Below, one piece after another: positions 1 through 11,870 of a stretch of DNA of 64,000 nucleotides. The position numbers and the translations under genes are program-made. The stretch comes from Macrostomum lignano (taxonomy: Eukaryota): assembly GCA_002269645.1 (NCBI GenBank), contig NIVC01001398.1, positions 1-64,000 on the forward strand. Direction: 5' to 3'. The notes beneath the pieces were generated by a model. The model saw nothing but the letters and a program-made list of their open reading frames with translations. It ran no database searches and was not told where the DNA came from. Position 1 is the first letter of the stretch. Each line of letters starts with the position of its first letter.

Positions 1-983
1 TGATTTCGGCCCGAATTGATGCCTAAAAAACCAGCGAGTTCACCTGCCGGACGTGGAGAAAGACGTTCAGAAACGCAGGGGGGAGCTCAGCTTAAGGGAA
101 ACTCGGGCAGATAGCAGTTAGGTTGTTACTGTTGAAGTCTATATTGTAGCTGAGGCAGCGGGGTCTTCCATCTCCCTCAACGGTACGGTGGGCTTCTCTT
201 CAACGAACCGAGTCACAGTACTCAAACATCGGTGGTACGCAATGCTATCTTCAATGACTTCAGTCGGCCGTGATTCTCTTTATGTCGAGGTCGTCTCCAG
301 TCTCAATTCCTTTCAGTCGGGTGAAGCTCATACCGGCGTTCGCTTGTGCTGCCAAAATTGAAGTACCTTGCTATGACCGTAGATAGAGTCCTGTGCACGG
401 TTGCCAGTAGTGATTAATTCGCTAAATTAGGACTTTTGAGCAACCCTAACTCACTGCCACTGACCTGGGTGCAATCCGTGATAGGGTTGCTTGGATACTG
501 ATTGGTAAGCAAACAAGCGCGAACTTTATGAATGGGCCAGCAACCTTCCTAAAGTTCCGAGTGCTGTATCCGAGAGCCCAAATGCTGTCATTCAATGGAC
601 AATAATTAGCAATTACTTCCTGTTTCCATATTCTACCCAGCAAGCGGAGTGGATTTGAGGACAAGGGCAGCAGAGGGAAGCCAGAATTAATCACTTAGCC
701 AAGTTTTGGCCAGAAGTGACTCTAAATTCACTCACATGAAACAATTTTTCCTAGTATCCACTCACCAATGCGACACAAACCTGCCTGTCGCCTAACAATT
801 TGGCTTGCGATAAAAGCGTCCCTTCTGAGAGCCTCTGACCACCGGAATCACAACTCAATTTGCTTTCGCCCAGCTTACTCTATAAATCTACACGGGAAAC
901 GCCGAAGCTCAGAAGCAAAGCTGTGGAGACCCTGCAAGCAAAAGTTAATCTTCAGCCGCACCTCCTACTTTCACAGCGTTACC

Positions 984-2738
984 ATGACTACTGATGCAAA
1001 GAGCTCGAGTTCGACCAGCGGAGCGCTGGTGACGCAGGTCCTGCTGGAAGCGGCCAGCGAGACCACAGCCCACGGGCTCAGCAAGCTGGCGGGCCAGAGG
1101 CCGCTCTACATCAAGCTCTGCTGGCTGCTGGCCTTCCTGGCCCTGCTGGGGGTGTTCACGTACAGCATGCACGGATTCACCACCAAGCTGCTCAAAGGCG
1201 AAGTCAGCACATCTTACGAAGCTGAGGCTGTGGACTTTGAGTTTCCTGACGTGTACTTCTGCAACAACGTCCAGATATCTGGCACCTACTCTGTCACGCT
1301 TCCCGGTGCAGTTGTCGCCGACATCAACAGCCGGATGAGCGCCACTTTTGCCGCCTTCGATTTCGCGACGCAGCGGCTGCTCAACTCGTCGCTCTCGAGC
1401 GCCACCGCGTCTCAAATCGATCACATGAAGCTGTTCAGGCTGAAGTCCGCCATCCAGTCGATGCCTTACAATCTGCTCGTGGACAATCTCGCTCACAAGG
1501 AGCAGCAGACGGTGCTGAAGAACGAAAGCAAGTCGGGCATCTCCCTCAAGCCCTTCTACCATCCGAACCACCTGAAGTGTCTCAAAGTCGAAATGACCAA
1601 ACAGAGACGCGCTCAGCTGAGCAAGGTCAATTCGGAGATCAGCTTCCAATTCATCCTCGATCCGTACTTCACCGAATTCAATTATACGCTTAACTATTCT
1701 GCTTATGACCAGGTGCAGAGCGTAACTGTGCCATTGTACAACAACCTAACCGCATACGTGTATGATTGGGACCTTGATACTCCATATGAGATCGACAGAC
1801 CTATGGGAATGAGGCTGTACCTGGCACCGAGGGGAGAATATCCGAGCAGGTTTGTAACAAACTTTCTGCTTGCTCCAGGCAGATCTTACAGCATTGGACT
1901 CACCATGCAGAACATCAAGAAGGATCCGAAAGCATACGATGGACAGTGCCTGACCGAGGCTCCCGAGGTGCAGTTTGTCAATCCGTACAATGCCTCGGCG
2001 TACAATTTCAGCTACAGCAACAGCTTCTGCTACTTCTCAGAGTTTGCCCGGCAGCTGTCTCAGAACGGTTGCAGTCCATATGTGAACCCGCTGCCATGGG
2101 AGTACAGAAATGTGAGATTATGCCTGAACACGAGCGGCCTAAATGAGTCAGAGATCCAGTCGAATCTCATGCATGCCTTCACGGCTGACACGGCTACGCT
2201 GAAAGACTTCCAGCGGCTGTGCCAGAACAGGCAGCTGTGCCTGACCCGGACGTACGAGACCAGCATTTCGAGCGCAAATTGGCCAAATGAGAATGGACAG
2301 GTTCGCCTAATTATGAACACCATGAGGACCGTCTTTGATGTTTCTCCCACTGTCTCCAGACCTGCGTGGGTGGCTTTTTATTTGATTTTAGAATACCATG
2401 TTAAGTCTGGGAACATTCCATTTGCGGAAAGTATGGCATCGAAGGTCTTCTCGCGCTCAGGCCTGAAGGTGACGCTGCGTAGCGAGGAGTCGAGGAGCTC
2501 GCAGATCATTCTGTCGCCCGGCTATTCTCTGCAGACTTACATTGCCGATATGGGCGGCACTGCTGGCATCTACCTCGGCTGCAGCCTGCTTAGCCTGTGC
2601 GAGCTCATCGAGCTGCTTTACAACCTGATTGTCAGAACTCGGAGCCAGAGGAAGTCCAGCAATGTTGTCCATGTGAGGGCCGCGTCCCCGGCTGTCAGCA
2701 CTGTGACTTCGGACAGCCTCAAACTGGCCAAGAAGTAG
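984..2738 (+). CDS. Intronless DEG/ENaC/ASIC-family sodium channel subunit (~584 aa)
   Basis: Pre-TM1 HG motif (TTAHGLSKL), TM1, FPDVYFCNN (FPAVTxCN-like), Cys-containing thumb, SANWP, and TM2 YIADMGGTAGIYLGCSLLSLCE with GxS filter. ATG 984 (accATG) is preferred over ORF start 768 because homology begins there and a pyrimidine tract + CAG (961-976) lies just upstream. Confidence 0.93.
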   Translation: MTTDAKSSSSTSGALVTQVLLEAASETTAHGLSKLAGQRPLYIKLCWLLAFLALLGVFTYSMHGFTTKLLKGEVSTSYEAEAVDFEFPDVYFCNNVQISGTYSVTLPGAVVADINSRMSATFAAFDFATQRLLNSSLSSATASQIDHMKLFRLKSAIQSMPYNLLVDNLAHKEQQTVLKNESKSGISLKPFYHPNHLKCLKVEMTKQRRAQLSKVNSEISFQFILDPYFTEFNYTLNYSAYDQVQSVTVPLYNNLTAYVYDWDLDTPYEIDRPMGMRLYLAPRGEYPSRFVTNFLLAPGRSYSIGLTMQNIKKDPKAYDGQCLTEAPEVQFVNPYNASAYNFSYSNSFCYFSEFARQLSQNGCSPYVNPLPWEYRNVRLCLNTSGLNESEIQSNLMHAFTADTATLKDFQRLCQNRQLCLTRTYETSISSANWPNENGQVRLIMNTMRTVFDVSPTVSRPAWVAFYLILEYHVKSGNIPFAESMASKVFSRSGLKVTLRSEESRSSQIILSPGYSLQTYIADMGGTAGIYLGCSLLSLCELIELLYNLIVRTRSQRKSSNVVHVRAASPAVSTVTSDSLKLAKK

Positions 2739-3221
2739 GCGGAGTCGGTACGAGTCTACTTCTACGAGTCGGCTGTTCTTGATAATTGATCAACTATGTA
2801 GAAATTATTCAATAAACTTCAGTCGCTTAACAAATTATTGTTTTTAAAACTATGTCCGAACACAAAGACTGGATGATTATAGTTGAGGCTCAGCTAAAGT
2901 TTTATTCAACATAATTTAACACACATTAAGGCAACGATCATAGAGAAATTTCATTCGTCTGTCTTTGCCGATGCAACCCTTGGATAAAAATACAGAGTGC
3001 TACTATTATCTTATTTTTAGAAAGGTAGCTGAATAATACAATCTTATTGGAAAACTAAATTATTAGTTACGCTCGTATTACTATTTTTAGTGAGCTGATG
3101 AAGATTTTAAGTGGAAAAAATAACGCAACGAAAATTTTCAATGCATACAATCGTACTAGTACGCTCGTAACTAGATACTGTTAGTAGTGTAAACTGCGCA
3201 TTTGTTCAACTTCGCCGCAGC

Positions 3222-4578
3222 TCAGTCGGTGCTCATGTCGGTGCGGTCCAGGTCCTCTCTATCTTCTTCGTCCTCTCCGTCCTCTTCGTCAACTTCGTCC
3301 ACGCCCTCTCGCTTGGAGGAGCGGCGGTTCGACGAGTTTTGAGCGGTGTTGGAGGAGGAGGAGGAGGAGGGAGAGGACTCTTCGGAGTCACCTGCGGTGC
3401 CGGCTTTTCCGTTTTCGGAGGCTTCGCTGGCGGATGATTTGATGGAGTGACCGGTCTGAAATGAACGAGTGCACGAAGGCCAAGTCAGGGTCTGGGCGAG
3501 AGTCTGGGCGAGAGTCTGGGCGAGAGTCTGGACGAGAGTCTGGACGAGAGTCTGGGCGAGAGTCTGGGCGAGAGTCTGGGCGAGAGTCTGGACGAGAGTC
3601 TGGACGAGAGTCTGGACGAGAGTCTGGGCGAGAGTCTGGGCGAGAGTCTGGGCGAGGGCCGGGGGAAGGGCAGCCAGCAGCCGAGGCGCTCACCAGACGT
3701 CCAACCAGGTGGCTCCCAGCCTCGGCCAGCCGTTCGGTGGCGCGGGCGCCCAGCCGGCGGCCCAGCTCGTAGGCCATCGCCAGGCTGTGCGCCGGATCGG
3801 CCGGCTCGGCGGCCTCGGACTCTCCGTCGCCAGACTTCTTCTCGGCTTTATTATCGTCATCCTCGCGCTCGACATTCTTGGCGTTGCCGTTGGACGTCTC
3901 GGCCGGCGGCTCTTCCTGCGGTTTCTTTGCCGTCTTCTCGTCGGGCCCCGGCGGCAGGTAGCGGTCGACGCCGTCGCCGAGCAGTTCGATCAGCCGGTCG
4001 AAGCGGCGCAGGCCGGACTGGCCCAGGCGGCTGGCCACGGCGCGCCGGTAGCCCTCTAGGGTGGACGACTTCACAGACTCCGCCTGCGGAATACGGAGGG
4101 GGCGGGGCGCGGCGTTTGGTTTGGTGCGCTTTTGCTACCCCTCTACTCTGGCTACCTCATTAGCTACTTTACCTACCCCCACTATCTACTACCCAACCCC
4201 ACTCACCGTAGCGGCGGCAGCGGTAACCGGACTCAACAGCAAGTCCACTTTCGGTTTCACAGCAGCGCTGTAATAATCCCGTCCTCGCTTCATCACCTCG
4301 TCAGTCGGCTCCAGCACAGTCGGGCAGGCGGTCTCCAGCCGGTCAAGCAGCTGTCGACAAGCCAGACGGTCCAGTCCGGCTGCCCGTTCCTCGTAGCGGC
4401 TCAGCAACGGGCTGGCTGTCTGGGCGGCGCGCCTCAGGCCACTCTCGGCCAGCTCGGCGGCCGACTTGGCGTAGGCGCTGCGGTCCTTGGCCCAGGCGAG
4501 GCCGGCAGCGGCTTGGCCGTAGGCGGAAGCCACCACGGGATAGGCGGTCAGGCGGTTGAAGAAATCGGAGGCTACCAT
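3222..4578 (-). CDS. Perilipin (PAT-domain lipid droplet protein); exons 4578-4207, 4083-3694, last exon from 3455 or 3391
   Basis: PAT-like N-terminus (RLTAYPVVASAY...LDRLETACPTVLEPTDEV) and LLGDGVDRYLPP motif. Intron 4206-4084 (GTGAGT..CAG) joins the two ORFs in frame. Probable donor GTGAGC at 3693. The 3' end is uncertain. Confidence 0.85.
3489..3655. repeat. 12-bp tandem repeat (GAGAGTCTGGRC)n in probable perilipin intron 2
   Basis: Direct reading; gives the RPDS/ESGR periodic ORFs. Confidence 0.95.
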
Positions 4579-5720
4579 TGCTTACAGAATGTGTGTAGTC
4601 TGGCTCAGACGCTTCAGTAGAATTCAGAATTCAGACTTGTTGACTCAGACCGCGTGTCTGTCTGCCGAGGGGATTATTTATAACCCGAGAGTGAGAGAGA
4701 AATTCAAGCCTACCGTTGGGGGTGCGAGGTGCAATGTGCAAGAGCGTGCATGACTAAGGGCTGAGAGAGAGCAGAGAGTTCTACCTCCAACCCCCCCCCC
4801 CAGTGCGCACCCACCGACCTTCGGACCCCCCCCCGCCACTCTCAAGCAGCGTGCAATTGCGTGTCTTGAATAATAATAATAAGGTATTTAGTTGGACTGG
4901 TTGGTTAGTGCGTGGCTAAAAACACAGACAACCTTAGCTGGGGCTCCTTCTGTCTCTCTCTGTGACTCCTAAGTCGGGTTCAAAGTCCATTCACCACTCT
5001 TAAATCAGCATGCTTGCATGCCCCAGATAATCTCTGCTCTCCTTTCACCGCCACGTGACGCGTGATTCACACATTAAAGTTAACTGAGTTGTTTTCGATC
5101 TGTTTACTGAATTGGCCGTAGCACTGAATGTAATTACGAGTTGTGATAGCTCGCACACGCAATTCACATGACATTTACCTATTACCTCCGGTTTTGAGCG
5201 GCTACTCCAAATTATCGCTAGTAGCTCTGCGGGTCAAAGATCGCTCAAATCAATGTACAGTTGGTTCAGATCAATGTTAAAACTGATCTGAGCAAAATTT
5301 ATTTAATCCGCAGAGCCACTAGCGGTAAACCGGCCTTAACGGTTAACAGTCTACCTGATCACGCTCGCACAGACCCCAAAGGGCATAGATTCACTATTAC
5401 ATTACAAAATAGTTGATTGCACGAGAGGTCAAAGAATTTTCCTAACACGTTGTGACAATTAAGGTTCTCCTTTTTTGTGTTTTTGCAAATTTGACACGTA
5501 ACTGTCTGAATTAAGGTATCAGGATTAATTAGAGATGAAAAAATCCTGGGATGTTCATCTGTGCCATTTTTTTAAAGAAAACAACAGGTTAAATTCTTAA
5601 CTTTTAGTTTTTGCCACTTTTTACTCAGTGTTAGAAAAATCTATCACATCTGACACTTAATGCAGTGCTCACAGCCACCTAGCGAATCAACTACTCGTAA
5701 TTAGCTCTGATTATACTCCC

Positions 5721-6256
5721 GAGACCGAGGTGCTGGCTGTGTCGGCCGACATCCCAGCGGATCTGACGTGCCGCGGCGCAGACGGGCAGACGGCCAGGTT
5801 CGCACGCTGCAAGTGGTTCACCTCAACCGCAGAGACCTCAGAGCAGTTAGCATGGCCCTCTCCGGGCATGGCTGCTTCTCTCGCCACCGCTTCCTTCAGG
5901 GCCAAGTACCCGAGGAGCGGTGCCCCTTCTGCCGCTCAGGCAGTGAAAACACTTTTATCTGCCACTGCCCGGTTTTCACCAGGGCCAGGCTCACTCACCT
6001 CGGGCCTAACCCGGTTCTCTCCGACGTTTGCAGGCCCGAGAGCATCCCGCTGCTTGCCCGGTACCTCAGGGACACGGGACGAGCTGACTTCTTCCCCACC
6101 GCCGGTGAGGAGGACCGCGCTGCAGGCGAGACCGACGGGTCCCCTTGAGCGACAACACTTCAACGAAAGTCATTGGTCGCCAGGGGCTAGCGAAATGGGC
6201 GGTCCCCTCCGCCTCCTCGCTGCATCCGCCGGACGCCCCCTGCAGCTAAGTCAAGT
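5721..6256 (+). mobile_element. 3' fragment of a non-LTR retrotransposon (I/R1/LOA-like) with C-terminal Cys/His knuckle and 3' UTR
   Basis: Frame 5768-6148 has LSGHGCFSRH...CPFC...HCPVF..AR, typical of LINE ORF2 C-termini; left TSD copy ttatactccc at 5711-5720. Confidence 0.7.
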
Positions 6257-6868
6257 GGTTCACCTACCTCGGCGGTCTGGTGCCTCACGTGGAGGAAGAC
6301 CTCCGGCGGCGCAGAGGACGTGCCTGGGCGGCCTTCCGTTCGATCCGGGCCGACGTCCAGTCCGAAGCGCTGCCCAACCGCCAGAGGGCTCGGCTGTGGC
6401 AGGCGGTGGTCGAAACCGTCCTGCTCTACAACGCCGAGACGTGGACGCTGACGGCTACGCTGGAGCGGCAGCTGGACTCGGCGCACTCAGGGCTGCTCCG
6501 TGCGGCCTTTCGAGCTGACGAGAGCGTCGGGACCGAGGCCCTGTACGATCTGGCCAAGCTGCATCATCCTCCATCATCCTGCGCCGGCGGCGACTTCAAC
6601 GGGCGCGCCACGTGATCCGGGCCGAGGGCTACTGCACCCAACCTGTTCAGGACGTCCTGCTGCTCACCCTGCAGGGCCCGTTGAGGCGGGCCAGTCTTAA
6701 ACCCGTCGATACGTAGACTGCCTCCTACGCGACGCCGGGGGCGCCCGACACTGCCAACGGGGCGGACTTTGTCCGCTCTCAGGCTCTGCGGCGCGCCATC
6801 CGACGCACCCTGCTCTGCGACTTTGCTTGTGGGGCTGCGTAATTTATTGTTGTTGTTGTTTGCTGTTG
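6257..6868 (+). mobile_element. 5'-truncated, frameshifted RTE-type LINE (end of RT plus C-terminus) with (TTG)n tail
   Basis: FTYLGG, RGRAWAAF, VETVLLYNAETWTLT, then RRRRLQRARHVIR in a shifted frame; TTG tail 6846-6868; right TSD copy ttatactccc at 6869-6878. Confidence 0.8.
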
Positions 6869-7396
6869 TTATACTCCCATTCGGAATATTGACCAAATCG
6901 ATTACGACCAAGTGCGGCTGGTGCGGAGTCCAGGGTTCGAGGGCGCCTGAGGCTCGGGGTGTCGGTGCCAACTCGGAGGACAGCAAGCAGGTTACCAATT
7001 CATCTAAATCACAAGTCTCTCTCTCTCTCGAGCCAGCATCACGCACACAAATTCGAACTCTTAACTTCATGAAAATATTATAAATGTTTTTGCATGAAGT
7101 TGTCTGTGTAATAATAAATAATACAATAACAATTAATTAGAGAAAACCGTTTTTGAATTGGATATTTATTTAAATTGTAGAAAAATCTCTTGAAACAATA
7201 TTATTGTTTTACTCGTATTTTAGTTAGATAATATGGAATTGATTTGGGTAATGTACGTATCAGTTTATAGAAGAAGCTGGGGAGTTTCTATCTCAGAGTA
7301 ATGTGCTAATCAAATTGTGCCAACTCAGTAAAATTAATAGAGTGAAATATCTATTGTAAAAATTAGTAGTCTACTAAATCAACTACGGCTATTAAG

Positions 7397-7657
7397 TAAT
7401 AATAATGGCCAAATGTGCAACCGACAGCTCAGCCGCAGCTATTGTGCGTCGCATCTGAAGGCTGCGTACGGCTGTTCAGTCCAAGGATTAGGGGAGGGGG
7501 TCGCCACACACACACCATCAATTATTCCAGCTAATGCTGGCACCCATTTTACAGCTTAGGGTGAACTGAAGCAATCGCTCAAAGACACAAATTGTTCACA
7601 ACTGGGTCGAAAATCGAACCCCCCGACCTTTCAATAGTGAGTCCGAAGCTGTGGTCT
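7397..7657 (-). mobile_element. Probable tRNA-derived SINE, 5'-truncated
   Basis: Minus strand shows a B-box-like GGTTCGATT, then TGTGTCTTTGAGC...GCTGTAAAATGGGTGCCAGC, which resembles conserved central domains of metazoan SINEs as recalled, then an (ATT)n tail. Confidence 0.5.
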
Positions 7658-7737
7658 TAATAAAAATTAGAAAGATTAAAGATCGAAAACGTCATAACAG
7701 GGATAGTTAGGATAATGAGCACTTTGTGCATCATCAG

Positions 7738-8547
7738 TCACTCGCTTAGTACGCAGACTTTTTGAGCCGCAGCGTCGATCTCAGCCTGCTCACGCTGCTT
7801 TCCCTTGATCGTGGCCTCCGCCAGCTCCAAATACTTGGACAGAACCTGAATCTCCGTAGCTTTTCCTGCCACGCTGTCTGCCTGGGAGTTGAACAGTCGA
7901 ATTTTGTCCTCCAGCAGGTTTAGGTCGTTTTTAAGAGCATCGATCAGCTGGTTCAGGCGACTAATCCGATCATAGGCTTTGAAGGCAATCAGGCAGGCAC
8001 CGCCGCTCGCTACTAGAAGTGGTGGCGCCACAAGGCCAGACATGAGAGCTACCTGACTGGCACATATCAGGCCAGCCAGAGTGAGGCCCCCTCCATATAA
8101 AACAGTGTTCGACTTTGACTCATTAGCCGAATTGATGTCCACCTTGCACCGTTCAGCCAGGTCTGTCGCAGATCTTAGCGCCGACTGCAGAACTTCGTCT
8201 AGTTTAGCATAAGAAGAATTAATCTTCCTAGCAGCGGGCAGCAAGTCTTGAATCAGTGAGAGCATTCGCCTGTTGTCGACTCCCATTTTCATTTTCTCTT
8301 GAACTCGTTCCCATCCGCTCAGGAAGAGCTGACAGTCCGCCTCGAACTCTCTCGCCGACTTTTCGCACTGCCTGATCATGTTGGCGAGTTTTGTCTGGAT
8401 CTCTGACTTAATCCTAGCTTCGGATTGAGTCAGCTGAGCAAGTTATTTGCCAAAAACTTCATTAAGCTCTTTGGCCAGTTGAGTGCAGTCCTTAACAGTG
8501 CCAACCGCACTTCCGATAATTTCAAATATGTCTTTTAAGTTGGACAT
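7738..8547 (-). pseudogene. Intronless all-helical protein with central hydrophobic hairpin (ApoL/ClyA-type pore-former-like); in-frame TAA at codon 35
   Basis: ATG 8547 (MSNLKDIFEIIG...) is in frame with ORF 8379-7738; the only interruption is TAA at 8445-8443. Hydrophobic segment VLYGGGLTLAGLICASQVALMSGLVAPPLLVASGGACLIAF lies between amphipathic helices. Family call is by architecture only. Confidence 0.55.
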
Positions 8548-9898
8548 ATTTTCTTGCAGCAATATGAGAAAATACACCGAAGGCACGGAATAACTGGATA
8601 CAGATTGTCATAACACTGAGAAAATGTGAAAGCAGTTGTATTTATTGACCCTCAGCATACGTACATCAAAAGGGGAACTTCACTTTTGGGTGTACACTTT
8701 GATGCACGAGAAATTTTAATGCCTTCTCCCCTTGCACATGGCAGTGAATAGAGATTACTTTCACACTACTCAGACAGCGCAAAAATGTACACATTCAATT
8801 TAGAAAAAGATGCATGCTCGCTTACTCATTCATTTGAAGGACAATGCGGGCTATAGTGTATAAGATTCTGCTAATTTATATAATTCCACTTTTCCTTTAG
8901 CGGTTTAAAGTAAGCTAGGCATTATTTAAAGTACATGCATAAATAGCATCAATGAATTATGTACAGGGTACTGGCTGAGTGAAAAAATCATTAAATTATT
9001 TTTTTAAATACAGGTTTTTAATAAATTTATGAGATACTTATGAGCTCTTATAATTGATTAGACAATTGTAGACAATTGTTAGGACAATTGTAAAATTAGA
9101 CATGCTGTAATTCTGAGCTGGTATCTTACTTTTGCTGCAAATCTTCTTTCTCCTCTGGCAACTTTCCGGCTGGCAAAAAACAAATGCAAAAAATAAAAAG
9201 GAGACTAAAAGAGAATTTCCAAAGCTTTTTTATCGGGATTTCTGGGCGAATCGCAGTAGTAGAAAACCTAAGGGTATACAGACTCCAGAGAACTATAGAG
9301 GTTTCAGCTGAATCCTTGCATTGGAATTAGTGTACTTGCTGACACATGCACAGCGTAAATTGAGCTTCAATATAAATTGAATTAATCTTTGTGCTCTTTG
9401 TCTTTGATGTAACGACGAAATCATTATTTGCAATTTTCGATCCAAAGCCCATATGCCGTGCCCGGCCTCGTCCAACATCAGATCTGTATGTAAATGTTTT
9501 AAATTAGATTATAAAGAAGGTACCAATGAATAGTTTAAGTTTTTTGTGTGTTTACATATAATTTACCGACCATTTGAATTTTTGTCTAAAATAACTTCAG
9601 ATCTATCTATCTTAAAGGCAAAGCAAGATATGTTGGTTAAAAATAACGACATGGACCAGTCCAGTTAGCTATAATAACAAGCATCATTAAAATGCTTATT
9701 CAAAATTCATGGGAAGAGTGGGAGTAGAGTAGCGACAGGCTAGGTCGTTATGAAAGTTGTACATTTTGATAAGCATTTTAAATGCTGGAGTGTCGTGATA
9801 TTTTTTTAAATAAGCGTCTAAAATTATTCAGATAAAATAATTTTTTAAAAGCATAAGGTATATGCATGCAGCATTTTACGATTGTTTTACTAGTTGCT

Positions 9899-9911
9899 GT
9901 TGTCAAGTAAC
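9899..9911. promoter_or_regulatory. Possible RFX X-box (GTTGTCAAGTAAC)
   Basis: Resembles the 13-bp X-box type GTTGCCTAGCAAC; would lie ~120 bp upstream of the SAXO ATG without the intervening transposon. Confidence 0.3.
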
Positions 9912-11870
9912 TGTTTTACGACACATTTTTAACGTGAGCCACTCGCGCTATATTGTTCAAGCGTAGACCTACGATAGTTTACAGTTCCCGGTGTAAAATT
10001 CGACGTCGATTCGAAGTCGATTCGAAGTCGATTTTTCTTCTAAAGTCGAATTGACGCAGATGCCGAATAGAAGTCGAAAATTCGACTTCGATTTGAGTTG
10101 CATCAACAGTTTTAACAAATTAAATTTACTCTTGTAAATATGAACTTGACCGTAACGGCAGTACTTTTAGTAACAGATTAATTTAAATTTTTAGTTTAGA
10201 ATTATGTTTACTCGAGCTATTTTGCAGCACACGATACTAAATGGTGTGAGTTTAAATTAATGACGTTAAATTTGCAGCTTATTAGATCGCCTGGGCAAAA
10301 AACGCTCGTAGTTAGAAGTTTACTTAAAGGTTTGCAATTTCAAAGTATAAGATGCAGTTCTGAATAAGTAATCAATTTAAAATAGCATTCGGAGTATGCA
10401 GCAGCAAATTAATTTAGTTCTTTCGACTGATTTTTTTCACAAAGTTATTATGTTTTAACTTGTCATTTGGGATATGCTCTCTCCTGACTTTTTCTAAAAT
10501 TTTAGTCATTGCATTTGGTCGCTATAGTCATAGCATCTATGCATGGGGTGTTCTAATCAACAGCCATATTATTCAACATTCATTTTTGTAAAAAAAGTAA
10601 AAAAACTTCTCTCTCTATAATTTTTGCAACTTTATAATTAACTAGCTGTAGTCACATTAGCAACCTTACTTTAAAAAGACACTTTTAACATGTTGTTTGA
10701 AGCACAGAGCCAATAGGCATGTGCTAAATATAGTGAGCATTCTTGTTTCAGCTATTTTTAAGATAAATTGCTACAATTTTTATTGTTTGTTTTTTGTGGA
10801 TTTTATTATGAAATCATAATTATTTTATGACAATTTTTATGGGGTCCAAACTAGATTGATGTCAATTTTTCAGTTAATACTTTGCTTAACTTTTTAAATA
10901 TTTTTATTAAGCTTTAATGAAATGATAATAAGTGATATAGGCTTCTAATCCAAATTGCTCATGGTGATGCTAAACAAGTTTTTGGTTTATTTGTCTCCAA
11001 TCAAGAAGCACTCTATAAACTTATATAATGGAATTCTAATGATGTAGAACATAAAATTTTATTTCCTTTACAGTTGTAAAGTTCCAATTTTTTATTTTTG
11101 GGCTTTAGTTTAGGATTATTCATGAGATCCTAGGCCTATAAAATTAAAGCTTTAACTATTTGTTATTATAGATCCTTTATAAACTTTAGTGCCTTTGATA
11201 CTTTATTGCACTTTAAATGGCTTTTGTAGATATATACTATGTTTTACTTATAGTAATATGTTCCATCTAAAGCAAACACTGTATTATCATTTCTAAACTA
11301 TTGCTGAATTATTCTTACTGAGCAGTACAGACTGCATAATGTTTGAATTAGCTAGGGTCAAGTTCATCTTTTTTAAATATAGAGGGAATTTCAAACAGTT
11401 GGGAGAAAGGCGAAATACTATTTTTGAGTAGACATAATATCATTTATACAACTGTGTACATTTACATCGAAATCTTTCACTTAAAATTTAGTACAAAAAA
11501 ACATCCACATTGACAGCCAAATAATAACCAAGCATTATCAATAACAGACTAGTCCTTTTTAATTTCTTGTGCAATATTGCAAATTTTTTATTTATACAAA
11601 ATAATTTACTGTTCACTGTTTTAATTCACTGATTCAATTTACTGTTTCAGATTAACATGGCATCACGAAATTTCAACAGGGAAATTCGGAAGAAACTGCT
11701 GGACTTTACGCTCGTATTCATGTAGAAGGGGATTCTGAGGCTCATGAATTTAATAGTAGGCCTATGGATGCTGAAAGACAATTTGGCTAAATCTTGGATG
11801 AAGATGAAGGTGTTGAACCAACTGTATATATATCTGAGCAGGAGGATGATGCTGGGGAGGAGGATCACAA

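Noticed and set aside
41-110. Short RTE-like peptide PDVEKDVQKRRG similar to PHVEEDLRRRRG at ~6280
   Set aside because: Too short and truncated by the window edge to support a feature.
768-983. 72-aa N-terminal extension of the DEG/ENaC ORF
   Set aside because: No family similarity; a splice-acceptor-like site and a good ATG at 984 explain the start better.
945-1649. Antisense or alternate-frame ORFs over real exons (also 16818-17585, 41761-42321, 46641-47141, 60820-61578)
   Set aside because: Shadow ORFs produced by GC-rich codon usage of the true genes.
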